The translations under genes were made by a program, and so were the position numbers. Shown here piece after piece: positions 29,257-40,997 of a stretch of DNA of 64,000 bases. The DNA comes from an uncultured Bacilli bacterium (lineage in GTDB: Bacteria; Bacillota_I; Bacilli_A; RF39; UBA660), in the NCBI GenBank assembly GCA_944358795.1, contig CALVRW010000011.1, positions 5,737 through 69,736 of the forward strand. Direction: 5' to 3'. The notes beneath the pieces were generated by a model, which saw nothing but the letters and a program-made list of their open reading frames with translations, ran no database searches and had not been told where the DNA came from. Within the stretch, counting starts at the first letter, position 1; every line of letters begins with the position of its first letter.

Positions 29257-32073
29257 ATGGATAAAATTATTGTAAAAGGTGCTAGAGTAAACAATTTAAA
29301 AAATATTGATATTGAACTACCAAAAGATAAATTAATTGTTATGACTGGAGTATCAGGTAGTGGGAAAAGTAGTTTAGCGTTTGATACTATTTATGCAGAA
29401 GGACAAAGACGTTATGTAGAAAGTTTAAGTGCTTATGCTAGACAATTTTTAGGTGGTAGTGAAAAGCCAGATGTTGATAGTATTGAAGGGTTATCACCTG
29501 CAATTAGTATTGATCAAAAAACGACAAATAAAAATCCACGAAGTACGGTTGGAACTGTAACGGAAATTTATGATTATTTGCGATTATTATATGCGAGAGT
29601 AGGAGTTCCTTATTGTCCAGTTCATCACATTCCAATTAGTAGTCAAAGTATTGAAGAGATGACAAATCAAATTTTAAAGTTAGAGGAAAGAACAAAAATA
29701 CGCGTTTTAGCGCCCGTTGTTCATGGAGAAAAAGGAACACAAAAAGACTTGTTAGAAAAATTAAAAAAAGAAGGATATGTTCGGGTTATTGTCGATGAAG
29801 AAGAACATGATTTAGAAGAAGAGATTACGTTAGAAAAAAACAAGAAACATAATATCGAAGTTGTAATTGACAGGTTAATTATCAAAGAGGGTATCCGAAG
29901 TCGTTTGTATGATTCGATTGAAACGGCAGCAAAACTTGCACATGGGAAAGTAGTCATTGATGTTGTTGGCGATAAAGAAATTGTAATGAGTGAAAAGTAT
30001 GCATGTCCACACTGTGATTTTTCACTTCCTGAGTTAGAACCAAGAATGTTTTCTTTTAATGCTCCTTATGGTGCTTGTGAAGATTGTAAAGGACTTGGAA
30101 TTAAATTAAAAGTAGATGAAGATTTAATTGTACCAGATAAAAATTTAAGTATTAATGATGGTGCCATTGTTTCTCTAAATATCAAAGATGAAAATAATAT
30201 TAATTATACAGAGTTATTTACGACATGTCAGTTTTATCAAATTGATATGAATGTTCCTTTTAAAGAGTTAAAGAGAAAAGATGTAGAAACATTGTTCTAT
30301 GGATCACCAGATGATATTGAATTTCATTATGTGTCAAAATCAGGTAATACAAGAAGTGTAAAACGTCCTTATGAAGGAATTATTACTAATTTAGAACGTC
30401 GTTATATGGAAACAAAGAGTGGATGGATTCGTGACTGGATTGAGAATTTCATGACCGAGCTTCCATGTCCAACTTGTCATGGTGCTAGATTAAATGATTC
30501 TGTGTTATCAGTTTTAGTTGGTGATAAAAATATTTATGAAGTAACAAAGTTAAGTATTGGTGATTTACACACATTTTTCAATTCCTTGACATTATCACAA
30601 GAGCAACAAGAAATTTCTCGTTTGATTTTAAAAGAAATTGATTCTCGTTTAAGATTCTTAATTAATGTAGGTCTTGAATATTTAACGTTAAATCGTAGTG
30701 CTGGAACGCTATCAGGAGGAGAAGCACAACGAATTCGTTTGGCAACACAAATTGGTTCTCGTTTAACTGGAGTACTATATGTACTAGATGAACCTAGTAT
30801 TGGACTTCATCAACGTGATAACAATCGATTAATTAATTCGATGTTAGAAATGCGTGATTTAGGAAATACATTGATTGTTGTAGAACACGATACGGATACG
30901 ATGCTTGCAAGTGACTATTTAGTAGATATTGGTCCACGAGCTGGTAGTCATGGTGGAGAAGTGATTGCAGCTGGAACACCAGAAGAAGTAATGAAAAATA
31001 AAAATAGTTTAACCGGAAAATATTTAACTGGTGAATTAAAGATTGATGTTCCAAAAACAAGAAGAAAAGGAAATAAAAAGTATTTAGAAGTAAAAGGTGC
31101 GAAAGAAAATAATTTGAAAAATATCAATGTTAAGATTCCACTTGGAACATTTACTTGTGTAACAGGGGTATCAGGTAGTGGAAAATCAACTTTGGTAAAT
31201 GAAATTATTTATAAAGCAGTATCAAATCATTTATATAAAAATAAAGAAAAACCAGGATTACACAAAGAAATAAAAGGATTAGAACATATTGATAAAGTAA
31301 TTGATATTTCACAAACACCAATTGGTAGAACACCACGAAGTAATCCGGCAACTTATACAGGAGTATTTGATGATATTCGAGATGTATTTACGAATACAAA
31401 AGAAGCAAAAATGCGTGGTTATGATAAAGGAAGATTTTCTTTCAACGTGAAAGGTGGACGTTGTGAAGCTTGTTGGGGAGATGGAGTAAAGAAAATTGAA
31501 ATGCATTTCTTACCAGATGTTTACGTTCCATGTGAAGTATGTGGTGGAACAAGATATAATCGTGAAACATTAGAGATTAAATATAAAGGAAAAAGTATTT
31601 ATGATGTGTTAGAAATGACAGTAGAAGAAGCATTAGAATTTTTTGAAAACATTCCAAAAGTAAAAACAAAATTACAAATGTTAATGGATGTAGGTCTTAG
31701 TTATATCAAATTAGGACAAAGTGCTCCAACTTTATCAGGTGGAGAAGCAGCACGTGTAAAACTTGCGAAAGAATTACAGAAAAAACCAACAGGAAAAAGT
31801 TTATTTATTTTAGATGAACCAACAACTGGATTACATACGGACGATATTAAAAAATTACTTGTTATTTTACAAAGAATTGTCGATAATGGGGATACTGTAT
31901 TAGTAATTGAACATAATTTAGATGTGATTAAAGTTGCTGATTATATTATCGACTTAGGTCCAGAAGGTGGTAATAAAGGTGGTACAATTATTGCCAAAGG
32001 AACACCAGAAGAAATTGTAAAAGTAAAAGAAAGCTATACTGGTGAGTATTTAAAACCATTATTAAACAAATAA
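29257..32073 (+). CDS. uvrA: Excinuclease ABC subunit A
   Basis: Two ABC modules with Walker [10 protein letters not shown] and GVSGSGKST and signatures LSGGEAQR and LSGGEAAR. Zinc fingers CPHC…C and CEAC…C. 938 aa. Confidence 0.95.
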   Translation: MDKIIVKGARVNNLKNIDIELPKDKLIVMTGVSGSGKSSLAFDTIYAEGQRRYVESLSAYARQFLGGSEKPDVDSIEGLSPAISIDQKTTNKNPRSTVGTVTEIYDYLRLLYARVGVPYCPVHHIPISSQSIEEMTNQILKLEERTKIRVLAPVVHGEKGTQKDLLEKLKKEGYVRVIVDEEEHDLEEEITLEKNKKHNIEVVIDRLIIKEGIRSRLYDSIETAAKLAHGKVVIDVVGDKEIVMSEKYACPHCDFSLPELEPRMFSFNAPYGACEDCKGLGIKLKVDEDLIVPDKNLSINDGAIVSLNIKDENNINYTELFTTCQFYQIDMNVPFKELKRKDVETLFYGSPDDIEFHYVSKSGNTRSVKRPYEGIITNLERRYMETKSGWIRDWIENFMTELPCPTCHGARLNDSVLSVLVGDKNIYEVTKLSIGDLHTFFNSLTLSQEQQEISRLILKEIDSRLRFLINVGLEYLTLNRSAGTLSGGEAQRIRLATQIGSRLTGVLYVLDEPSIGLHQRDNNRLINSMLEMRDLGNTLIVVEHDTDTMLASDYLVDIGPRAGSHGGEVIAAGTPEEVMKNKNSLTGKYLTGELKIDVPKTRRKGNKKYLEVKGAKENNLKNINVKIPLGTFTCVTGVSGSGKSTLVNEIIYKAVSNHLYKNKEKPGLHKEIKGLEHIDKVIDISQTPIGRTPRSNPATYTGVFDDIRDVFTNTKEAKMRGYDKGRFSFNVKGGRCEACWGDGVKKIEMHFLPDVYVPCEVCGGTRYNRETLEIKYKGKSIYDVLEMTVEEALEFFENIPKVKTKLQMLMDVGLSYIKLGQSAPTLSGGEAARVKLAKELQKKPTGKSLFILDEPTTGLHTDDIKKLLVILQRIVDNGDTVLVIEHNLDVIKVADYIIDLGPEGGNKGGTIIAKGTPEEIVKVKESYTGEYLKPLLNK

Positions 32074-32183
32074 ACTAATTGATAGATGGGAAAAGTACAA
32101 GTTTTAATGAATAAAATTTGTGCTTTTTTGTTTTTCTTTTATATTATTGTGTTATAATACATAGCAAGAAAAGAGGATATTGT

Positions 32184-32876
32184 ATGGACATGAGAGAAAA
32201 TAAAACATTAAAAAAATATATTAGAAGTTTAAAATATAATATTGGAAGTACTGAGTGGATAAAAAATTGTCCAGATCAAAAAGCTGACTGGTTAAATTAT
32301 ATTTGTAGTAATCGTTATAATGAAAAGCAAGTTTTAGAGTTTATTCAATTATTATTAGAAAAAACAGATATTGATATTAATCAAGTGGATAATGATGGCT
32401 ATAATTTTATTCAAAATGCTTTATATTCTAATTATAGTGAAGATTTTATGATGCAATTATTTGATATTGCTTATCATCATGGTAATTTTGATATTAATTA
32501 TCATGGAGATGCTTATGGTGATACAGTAATACATACAGCAATTGAAAGTGATTGCTATACAGGTAAAATAGCACCGTTAATGAGAATTGCTAATAAAATG
32601 GGATTTGATCCTAGCATTAAAAATGACGACAATAAAACTGTTTTAGATGTTTCTTTAAATCCCGATTGTAACTATGAATTAGATGAAGAGGATCTTTTAG
32701 AAGTGAAAAATTTAATTAAACTGCAACAAGAAAAAATAAGATTAGAAAAATCAAAAGAAAAGTTATTATTGATTCAAAAACAATTAGAAAACATTTTAGA
32801 ACCATTAGATGAAGAAGAAAGACAACAAGTTTTAGAAGCAACTTATAAAGTGTATTCATATAAAAAGACGAGATAA
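32184..32876 (+). CDS. Ankyrin-repeat-like protein
   Basis: GDTVIHTAIESD…IAPLMRIANKMGFDPSIKNDDNKTVLDVSL fits the ANK repeat pattern. RBS aagagga precedes it. Confidence 0.45.
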   Translation: MDMRENKTLKKYIRSLKYNIGSTEWIKNCPDQKADWLNYICSNRYNEKQVLEFIQLLLEKTDIDINQVDNDGYNFIQNALYSNYSEDFMMQLFDIAYHHGNFDINYHGDAYGDTVIHTAIESDCYTGKIAPLMRIANKMGFDPSIKNDDNKTVLDVSLNPDCNYELDEEDLLEVKNLIKLQQEKIRLEKSKEKLLLIQKQLENILEPLDEEERQQVLEATYKVYSYKKTR

Positions 32877-32889
32877 CGGGGGATTACCA

Positions 32890-35721
32890 TTGCTAATAGT
32901 AAGAAAGAGTATAGATAACTATTTTATGATAAATCAGTTATTGAATATTATATTTAAAAATACCAAAAATTTATTATGGATTAAAAATTATAATGATCAG
33001 GAAAAAGTAGCGATTAAAGATAAAATGATAGCAATCGCGAATGATGAATTACCTGTTTGTGCAATTGATTTTGATGAGATGAAATATTTATTTATAGAAT
33101 TTTTTAGAAAAGACTCTATCAATGAAGATTTTTATAAATTTTTAAAAAAAGATATTGATATCATTCATGAACAGATTGATAGTATTATGAATTATTTATT
33201 GGAAATAGAAAAAAAGCAGAATATCATTACTTGTGATATGTTAGATATCGTACTAAAAATATATCCGGAGGCAAAAAAAGTATTTAATAGTAGAGAAAGT
33301 TTTCATCAATTAGTTGAAGATAATTGGAATGATATTACTAAATTGTTAGAACTAATGGATAAATATAACATTGTTCATTCGATAGAAACGGGTATTTATT
33401 TTTTTGATTATGTTCAAAGTGAAAATAAAATATTTGCAAGTAAGGACACTTTAAATGTTTGTTATCAATATTTTATAAAAAATATTGAACAGGGTAATTT
33501 AAATCAACTTTATTTATTTGGTTCTGTATTACCTGATGAATTAACGAATCAATATCTTGAGTTATTGATTGAAAAAGATGTATTCCATCATTTGCAGTTT
33601 ATTGATGATAATGGACAATTGTTAAAGGATAAGTCAGCAAAAAAAATTAGAAATGAAAAATTTCAAGAAAAGTTTTTACAATATTATTCTAAAAAAATTA
33701 ATCTTAATTTTACAGAATTTTTTACACAAACAAAAGTTACTTTGCTAATTAAATACCTATTTGATTATCAGAATTTTTATTCAGAAGAAGAAATCGATAA
33801 TATCTTTAATATGATACAGGATGGTATTTCAATTCCAATCTCTAGTGATTATGATGTAGATAAAAGGAACAAATCTAGTTTACCTTTTTTCAATATTAAA
33901 CAATTATTGTTAACCAATGATATTGATTATTTATGGAAGATTGATGCTTATTTTGAAGATTTGACTCCTATATTAGAAAAAATAATAATTGATAGATTAC
34001 AAAATGATACCAATCTTTCTATTATGGATAATATTAAATCACCATTTACCAATGAATATTTAGCCTTAATAAAAAATAAAAAACCAGAAGTAAGAGAACA
34101 ATTGTATTCCATATTTTATCAATACTTTAGAAAAAAATTTAACATTGAAAATAATGATTATGATAAGTATCTTTATCAATTATTTATTAAATACGTTGAT
34201 GGAAAACATATTTATGCTATTTCAAAATTAGAATCAGTAAAAGAGATGATTGCCTTTTTAAAAATGCGTTATTGGCAATTTGATTTTAATCAAATAACAG
34301 AAGAGCAAATAAAAAATATGAATGTGAAACATATTTTTAGGTTAAATAAGATGATTGATGATTTCTATCAAAAAATAAGTGATGATGAAAAAGAGAGGTA
34401 TCATTTATTACTAATGAAGTGTTATTTTATTTTCGGCTTTGATAAGGCAAAAGTAGTACTTGAAAGTATTGATAAACTCAACGAGTTAGAGCACTTATTT
34501 GATACGATTGATATTCATAACGTACATTATGATGAAATAGGAAATCTCATTTTAAATCAAAAATTTATTCATATGTATATAGATATATTTAAAAGAAAAG
34601 AGAAAAGTTCAGATGCATATAAATTATTTTCAGATATCTATAATCATTATGATAGTCTCATAAATCATCTTCAAAAAGATAGTAGAACATTACCAAAACT
34701 TTTAAAATTATATAAATATAAAAGATTTCTTAATGCAGGATTTTCTCCTAATTATTATCAATTAATGAATCAAATTATTTATTTACCAAATAATAAGGTA
34801 GTGAATGAAAATATAAAATGGTATGAAGTAATGAAACAGCGTTATAAGAGTAATATTCCTAAAGTGAGTGGTAAGTTAAATCACTATCATTATGAAATAC
34901 TTGATTTAGATGATCCTCTTACATTAACAGTTGGGAAAAGAACGAATTGTTGTTTTTTACTAGATGGTGCATCACGAACTTCTTTAAAACATGCGATGAC
35001 TGCTGATAATGGTAGAGTCTTTGTTGTGTTTGATGGAAGTGAAGTAATCGCACAAAGTTGGGTATGGCGTGATGGAAATATTCTATGTTTTGATAATGTT
35101 GAGTCTATTAAAAATGATCATGAATTATCAGATTGTTATGTCGAAGCAATTCATAAAATTGTTGCACAGTCAAAATTAAGAGAACATCCTGATGAACGTA
35201 TTAAGATGGCAACCATTGGAATAAATCATTCTGATTTAAAATATGAGTTTACCAAACAATATCCTCATATATTTTCAAAAAATCATTTAAAACAGTTTAG
35301 TCCTATTTTAAATGATGATAGTGAGAATAATGAAATCTATAGTGATGCAAAATTAGAACAATGTGTACTATATAAAGAAACTGATTTTCATATTGAAGAT
35401 AATAACCATATTCAAAATCCAATTTATTTAGATGAAAGACCATTTATTAGTAAAATTGATGTAAAAAGTAGTTCTGATTTATCTAATGCTGAATTATTGA
35501 TTCATTCAATTCAATGCGATTTAGCGTTACCACTAATAAAAAAGGAAGAATTAAATCAAGTGAAACAAATTTATCATAGTAAAGATTGGTATATAATGAT
35601 TTATCAAGATGGAAGCTATGATTCAAATATCTATAGTATTGATCCTAGAGCGCATGAAGAGTATGAAACAATATTAGATGTTATAACATTAGAAAAAGAA
35701 GCAGTTTTAGTTAAAAAATAA
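32890..35721 (+). CDS. Large (943 aa) hypothetical protein
   Basis: Long clean ORF starting at a TTG 14 nt after the ankyrin gene. I recognised no motif. Confidence 0.45.
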   Translation: MLIVRKSIDNYFMINQLLNIIFKNTKNLLWIKNYNDQEKVAIKDKMIAIANDELPVCAIDFDEMKYLFIEFFRKDSINEDFYKFLKKDIDIIHEQIDSIMNYLLEIEKKQNIITCDMLDIVLKIYPEAKKVFNSRESFHQLVEDNWNDITKLLELMDKYNIVHSIETGIYFFDYVQSENKIFASKDTLNVCYQYFIKNIEQGNLNQLYLFGSVLPDELTNQYLELLIEKDVFHHLQFIDDNGQLLKDKSAKKIRNEKFQEKFLQYYSKKINLNFTEFFTQTKVTLLIKYLFDYQNFYSEEEIDNIFNMIQDGISIPISSDYDVDKRNKSSLPFFNIKQLLLTNDIDYLWKIDAYFEDLTPILEKIIIDRLQNDTNLSIMDNIKSPFTNEYLALIKNKKPEVREQLYSIFYQYFRKKFNIENNDYDKYLYQLFIKYVDGKHIYAISKLESVKEMIAFLKMRYWQFDFNQITEEQIKNMNVKHIFRLNKMIDDFYQKISDDEKERYHLLLMKCYFIFGFDKAKVVLESIDKLNELEHLFDTIDIHNVHYDEIGNLILNQKFIHMYIDIFKRKEKSSDAYKLFSDIYNHYDSLINHLQKDSRTLPKLLKLYKYKRFLNAGFSPNYYQLMNQIIYLPNNKVVNENIKWYEVMKQRYKSNIPKVSGKLNHYHYEILDLDDPLTLTVGKRTNCCFLLDGASRTSLKHAMTADNGRVFVVFDGSEVIAQSWVWRDGNILCFDNVESIKNDHELSDCYVEAIHKIVAQSKLREHPDERIKMATIGINHSDLKYEFTKQYPHIFSKNHLKQFSPILNDDSENNEIYSDAKLEQCVLYKETDFHIEDNNHIQNPIYLDERPFISKIDVKSSSDLSNAELLIHSIQCDLALPLIKKEELNQVKQIYHSKDWYIMIYQDGSYDSNIYSIDPRAHEEYETILDVITLEKEAVLVKK

Positions 35722-35785
35722 TTGCTTCTTTTTTTATTTTATAATTTGTTATATAATAGGAATAATGATAGAAAGAAGGTAGAGT

Positions 35786-36343
35786 ATGCAGTTTGAAATT
35801 GTAACAACAGAAGAAAAATTAAAAAAGCATTTTGAACGAGATTATCGAACGTTAAGTATGGTATGTTTACTCATGTATACGATTATCGTTTTTGCTCTTT
35901 GTTCTAGTTTTATTCAAACCGATTTTTGGAATGTAATCAAATACTATTTCATTGGACTAATCATTTTAGCTATTTTCTTATATATTCTTACAAAATTGAC
36001 GACAATGATTAGTTTGTATATGCTGAAGCATGTTGTCCATTATAAATATGGAACATTTACTGAAGTAATTAATGAAAAAGGAATTACCGAAGTATTAGAT
36101 GATGATGCGATATCGTTAAAATGGAGTGAAGTAGGGAAAGTTGTAACAGCTTATAAATTTATTATTGTAAAACCAAAAGATAAGAAGAATCCAAGTTTCT
36201 TATATCGTAAAAAACATTTTAAAACAGAAGAAGAGTATCAAGAAGTAGTTGATACCATTCATAAATACTATGAATTATATTTAGAGAAAGAAGGGAAAAA
36301 ATATGACACCACACAACGAAGCAAGAAAAGAAGAAATCGCTAA
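35786..36343 (+). CDS. Small membrane protein (two TM segments)
   Basis: Hydrophobic segments IVFALCSSFIQ and YFIGLIILAIFLYIL. Confidence 0.4.
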   Translation: MQFEIVTTEEKLKKHFERDYRTLSMVCLLMYTIIVFALCSSFIQTDFWNVIKYYFIGLIILAIFLYILTKLTTMISLYMLKHVVHYKYGTFTEVINEKGITEVLDDDAISLKWSEVGKVVTAYKFIIVKPKDKKNPSFLYRKKHFKTEEEYQEVVDTIHKYYELYLEKEGKKYDTTQRSKKRRNR

Positions 36344-37007
36344 AACAGTAATTATGCCAGGAGATCCACTACGTGCAAAAAAAGTAGCGGAAATCTATTT
36401 AAAAGATTGTAAATTAGTTAGTAAAGTACGTAATATTTATGCTTATACTGGTACCTATAAAGGAAAAGAAGTTACGATTATGGCATCAGGTATGGGAATG
36501 CCTAGTATGGGAATTTATTCTTATGAATTATACAAATTTTATGATGTTGAAAACATTATACGTGTTGGAACAGCAGGAAGTTATGTAAAAGAATTAAATG
36601 TATATGATGTATTATTAGTAGAAGAATCTTATAGTGATTCTAGCTTTGCTAAAGTACAAAATCATAGTTTAGAAGATACGATTTCTTCTTCAAAAGAGTT
36701 AAATGATTGTATTTTAGAAACAGCAAAATCATTAAATATGCCACTTTCAGTAGGAAAAGTATATAGTACTGATGTATTTTATAAAGAGGACAGTAATTAT
36801 CAAACTTGGGTAAATAAAGGTTGTATGGTATGTGAAATGGAATCTTTTGCACTTTTCCATAATGCAAAAGTATTAAATAAACGTGCTACATGCTTACTTA
36901 CAATTTCTGACCATTTTATTACAGGAGAAGAAACAACAAGTGAAGAACGTGAAACGAAGTTTATGGCAATGATGGAGTTAGCACTAGAAACAAGCTTAAA
37001 ATTATAA
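36303..37007 (+). CDS. deoD: Purine nucleoside phosphorylase, DeoD type
   Basis: MTPHNEARKEEIAKTVIMPGDPLRAKKVAE…GMGMPSMGIYSYEL matches hexameric PNP-I. Confidence 0.85.
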   Translation: MTPHNEARKEEIAKTVIMPGDPLRAKKVAEIYLKDCKLVSKVRNIYAYTGTYKGKEVTIMASGMGMPSMGIYSYELYKFYDVENIIRVGTAGSYVKELNVYDVLLVEESYSDSSFAKVQNHSLEDTISSSKELNDCILETAKSLNMPLSVGKVYSTDVFYKEDSNYQTWVNKGCMVCEMESFALFHNAKVLNKRATCLLTISDHFITGEETTSEERETKFMAMMELALETSLKL

Positions 37008-37074
37008 CTTAAGTTTTATTAAAAAAGATGTAAGAAAAAATAAAAAATACGTATACTAAAAAAGAGGTGATAAC

Positions 37075-38358
37075 GTGGTTTATATCAAAAAAGATAATGT
37101 TGCTTATAATTTACATATTATTAAGACAAAAAAATTCAAAACGGTTTCTATTCACGTCAATTTTAAAAGAAAATTTACGAAAGAAGGAATTACATTACGT
37201 AATTTATTAGGAGAAGTATTATTAGAATCTACTAAGAATTATCCTACTAGAAGAGATATTATCTTAGAAAAAGAAAATTTATATCGAGCAAATTTCTTGT
37301 ACCAATCTGTTCGTTCTGGAAATTATGCCGTATTAGAATTCCGTGCTAGTTTTTTAAATGACGAATATACCGAGGAAGGAAATGCGAAACAAGCAATTGA
37401 ATTTTTAAATGAAATTATTTTTCATCCTAATATCTTAAATGATGAATTTGAGGCAACTTCTTTTTTGCGTAGTAAAAATGTTTTAAAAGAACAAATTGAG
37501 TCAGCAGTGGAAACACCTAGAAGATATGCGACAAAACGTTTTTTAGAAGAATTTTACCCAAAAAGTGTCTTTCAGTATATGGGACCAGGTTATTTGGAAG
37601 ATTTAGAAGAGATTAGTGCAAAATCATTATATGAATATTATCAAAGCGTTTTAAATAGTGATTTTGTCGATGTGTTTGTTTGCGGTGATGTGGATGAAAA
37701 AGAAATAGAAGAACTATTTAAAGATTGTTTTGCAATTAAAACGGTAAAAAAGAAAACAGAATCACATTTGATTGTCAATGAAAAATTACGTAAACGAGCA
37801 AAGATTGTAACAGATCAAAAACAGACACAACAAAGTATCTTAATGATTGGTTGTAAATTACCAAAATTAACTGATTATGAAAGAAAATATGTAGGTAGAC
37901 TTTATAGTTATATCTTAGGTGGTGGAGCAGAGTCTTTGTTATTTCAAAATGTACGAGAAAAACATTCCCTTTGCTATACCATTCATTCTACATTTTCTAG
38001 TGTTGATCATAACTTAATCATTCAAGCAGGAATTGATGCGAAAAATGTGAAAAAAACGATTTCATTAATAAAAAAATCAATGAAAGAAATCGGAGCAGGA
38101 AAATTCCCTGAACAAATGATTGAATCTTTTAAACTTGTTAATCAAACAGTAAGAAAAGAAATTTTAGATTCACCTGTTGGAATTATTAATTTGTACCGCA
38201 ATCATGAATATGTGAAAACAGATCTATTAGAAAAGATGGAAGAAGAACAGAAAAAATTAACCAAAGAAGATGTTATGAAGTTTGCGAGTCTTGTAAAAAT
38301 TGACACCATCTACTTATTAGAAGGAGGGATGAAAGATGAAGAAGTTAACCCTCAATAA
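37075..38358 (+). CDS. M16 family peptidase-like protein lacking the HxxEH motif (non-catalytic subunit type, YmfF-like)
   Basis: M16 fold layout with no zinc motif seen. It overlaps the downstream active M16 gene. RBS aaagaggtga before the GTG at 37075. Confidence 0.65.
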   Translation: MVYIKKDNVAYNLHIIKTKKFKTVSIHVNFKRKFTKEGITLRNLLGEVLLESTKNYPTRRDIILEKENLYRANFLYQSVRSGNYAVLEFRASFLNDEYTEEGNAKQAIEFLNEIIFHPNILNDEFEATSFLRSKNVLKEQIESAVETPRRYATKRFLEEFYPKSVFQYMGPGYLEDLEEISAKSLYEYYQSVLNSDFVDVFVCGDVDEKEIEELFKDCFAIKTVKKKTESHLIVNEKLRKRAKIVTDQKQTQQSILMIGCKLPKLTDYERKYVGRLYSYILGGGAESLLFQNVREKHSLCYTIHSTFSSVDHNLIIQAGIDAKNVKKTISLIKKSMKEIGAGKFPEQMIESFKLVNQTVRKEILDSPVGIINLYRNHEYVKTDLLEKMEEEQKKLTKEDVMKFASLVKIDTIYLLEGGMKDEEVNPQ

Positions 38359-39619
38359 ATTAGATATTGATTTATTTCAAGAAACATTAGAAAGTGGACT
38401 AACTGTTTATGTTGCGGTAAAAGAAAATAGTAATCGTAATTATGTTGCTCTTACGACACGTTATGGAAGTGATACTGTTTCTTTTGTACCACGAGGAAAG
38501 AAAAAGATGATTGATGTTCCACTTGGTATTGCCCATTTTTTAGAGCATCAAATGTTTGAAATGGAAGATGGAACAAATCCTTTAGAAGAATTTAGTAAAA
38601 GTGGTAGTGATGCTAATGCTTATACCAATAATAGTCAAACCTGTTATCTATTTTCAGGTGTTCACAATATATTAGAAAATTTAGAATACTTATTAAAATA
38701 TGTATCAGAACCATATTTTACAGATGCATCAGTAGAAAAAGAAAAAGGAATTATTATTGAAGAATTAAAGATGTATGCAGATATGCCAGACACCGTTTTA
38801 TTTAATACAATCTTTCAAAATACGATGAAACTACATCCATCTAAACATCCAGTGATTGGAACAATTCAAGATATTAAGAAAACAACGAAAGAAGATTTAT
38901 ATACTTGTTATGAAACTTTTTATCATCCAAGTAATATGTATTTATTAGTCGTAGGAAATGTTGATCCTAAAGAAGTGATAGAAGTAGCTCGAAATAGTAA
39001 TCTTAATCAAAAACATATAAAAGATAAACATGAAATGATTCAAGTAAAACACTATGATGAACCTAAAGCTGTAGTAAAAAAATATGAAAAGAAAACATTA
39101 GATATTGTACTTCCTAAAATCGCAATTACATGGAAATTTAATTTAGAACATAAAAGTGTTGAAGAAAAGAAAAAATTAAATCAATATTTATCTATTTTAT
39201 TTTCTTCTAAGTTTGGATCTTCTTCCCTTTGTTTAGAAAACTTACGAAACGAAAGAATTATCTCAGATATTTTATATTTAGATCGAGTACCAATTGACGA
39301 TTATCTTCTTTATATGATGGTTGGAGAAACAAAAGAATACGATACTTTATTAGAAAGAATAAAGACAGAAATGAAAGATATCACGATTTCAAAAGAAGAC
39401 TTTGAACGTAAGAAAAAAGTATTAATTAGTTCTTATATTTATATGAGTGATAATGTCGATAGTATTGCTGGATATTTAGATGAAACAATTTATTATTATC
39501 ATCAAGTAGAAGATAATTGGTACCAATTTTTAAAAGAGTTAACATGGGAAGAAATGAATGAAATGATTAAAACAATTGATTTTAGTCATTATAGCGTCGT
39601 TGTATTAGAGAGCAAATAG
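38336..39619 (+). CDS. M16 family zinc metallopeptidase (YmfH-like)
   Basis: HxxEH motif present as GIAHFLEHQMFE. Confidence 0.8.
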   Translation: MKKLTLNKLDIDLFQETLESGLTVYVAVKENSNRNYVALTTRYGSDTVSFVPRGKKKMIDVPLGIAHFLEHQMFEMEDGTNPLEEFSKSGSDANAYTNNSQTCYLFSGVHNILENLEYLLKYVSEPYFTDASVEKEKGIIIEELKMYADMPDTVLFNTIFQNTMKLHPSKHPVIGTIQDIKKTTKEDLYTCYETFYHPSNMYLLVVGNVDPKEVIEVARNSNLNQKHIKDKHEMIQVKHYDEPKAVVKKYEKKTLDIVLPKIAITWKFNLEHKSVEEKKKLNQYLSILFSSKFGSSSLCLENLRNERIISDILYLDRVPIDDYLLYMMVGETKEYDTLLERIKTEMKDITISKEDFERKKKVLISSYIYMSDNVDSIAGYLDETIYYYHQVEDNWYQFLKELTWEEMNEMIKTIDFSHYSVVVLESK

Positions 39620-39658
39620 TGCTCTTTTTAATATGAAAAAATTGTCGAAAAAAATATA

Positions 39659-39687
39659 TTGTCAGCATACCAAAATAATGATATACT
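39659..39687 (+). promoter_or_regulatory. Sigma-A type promoter (TTGTCA-17-TATACT)
   Basis: Good hexamers and spacing upstream of the prepilin gene. Confidence 0.55.
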
Positions 39688-39714
39688 AGTAACAGAATAG
39701 GAGTGAATAAAAGA

Positions 39715-40839
39715 ATGAAAGAAAAAAGATATCAAGGATTTACGTTAATTGAATTACTAGCGGTTATTGTCATATTAGCAGTCATCGCATTAATCGCAAC
39801 ACCACTTATTATGAATGTAATAAATGATGCGAAAAAGAGTGCAGCAAGAGATGCCGGATACTCAGTAATTAAGGCAGGAGAACTAGCAGCTGCCACATCA
39901 GGAATTGAAAGTGTCAATCCCCCATATCATTATGACCAAAACAGTAACCTACCAATGAAAGGAACAAAACCAACGAAGTTTACTTTAGATATCAATGAAG
40001 AGATGCATACCCAATTACGTGCATGGATTAATGGATACTGTGTGGTAAAAGAGTATGATAAAGAAGAAGTAACTGTTGATGAAAGTAAGAAAACAGAAGC
40101 GGACTGTGTAACAGGAGGAGGATCAGGAGCAACACCAGGAGACTTTGAAACAGACTCATGGGATACAATTGCCAAAGTAGTAAAAGATGATCCAAGTGCT
40201 TATCCAGTAGGATCAGAAAAAGAAGTAACCTTAACAGGACCATACGCTGGAACTTATACAGTAAGAGTAGCCAATAATACAACACCATCAGAATGTAGAG
40301 AGTCAGATTTTTCTCAAACATCCTGTGGATTTGTATTAGAATTTGTAGATATTATTACAAAACAACAAATAAATACAACTAGTACAAACAAAGGTGGTTG
40401 GCCAGCAAGTGCTATGTATGATATTGTAAATACAGATATTTATAATGGATTACCAAGTGACTTAAAGAAGGTAATCAAAGATACAAAAGTAGTATCAAGC
40501 CATGGAAGTGGTGATACAACAAACATTACCTCAACAGATCATTTGTATTTACTAGCAACGAAAGAAATATGGGGAAAAGAAGGAACAACAAATGAAATAA
40601 ATAATGATAGTTCAGATAATCAAACAAGGCAATTAGATTATTATAAATCAAAAGGTGTGACAACAAGTAATTATAGTGGAGCCATCAAGAGGTACAACGG
40701 ATTAGCAGATGAGTGGTGGATGCGCTCGGCCGATTCTATTAATAGTTATGATTTCTACGATGTGGATGCGTATGGCGATTGGGGTAGCAATTATGCTGAT
40801 ATTACCTATGGGGTGGCGCCAGCTTTCCGAATAGGATAA
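39715..40839 (+). CDS. Prepilin-type (class III signal peptide) protein with a large C-terminal domain
   Basis: Leader MKEKRYQG followed by FTLIELLAVIVILAVIALIA, which is the G/FTLIE N-methylation motif with E at +5. RBS aggagtga. The ORF track starts at GTG 39703. Confidence 0.7.
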   Translation: MKEKRYQGFTLIELLAVIVILAVIALIATPLIMNVINDAKKSAARDAGYSVIKAGELAAATSGIESVNPPYHYDQNSNLPMKGTKPTKFTLDINEEMHTQLRAWINGYCVVKEYDKEEVTVDESKKTEADCVTGGGSGATPGDFETDSWDTIAKVVKDDPSAYPVGSEKEVTLTGPYAGTYTVRVANNTTPSECRESDFSQTSCGFVLEFVDIITKQQINTTSTNKGGWPASAMYDIVNTDIYNGLPSDLKKVIKDTKVVSSHGSGDTTNITSTDHLYLLATKEIWGKEGTTNEINNDSSDNQTRQLDYYKSKGVTTSNYSGAIKRYNGLADEWWMRSADSINSYDFYDVDAYGDWGSNYADITYGVAPAFRIG

Positions 40840-40967
40840 CCGGAAGTTAACATCCGAAAGGGAACTCCGAACGGGAGTGAAAAGGAAGTTGCTAACAAAT
40901 AGAAGAAAGAATAAGGGAACGCAGAAATAAAAGAAAAATGAAAAGAATTAAGAAAACGGAAAGGGAA

Positions 40968-40997
40968 ACCACAACTTGCATGCAAGTTGTGGTTTAA
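40968..40997. repeat. Perfect 30-bp palindrome aaaccacaacttgca|tgcaagttgtggttt
   Basis: Read directly from the sequence. It lies in a 420-bp purine-rich intergenic tract. Confidence 0.8.
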
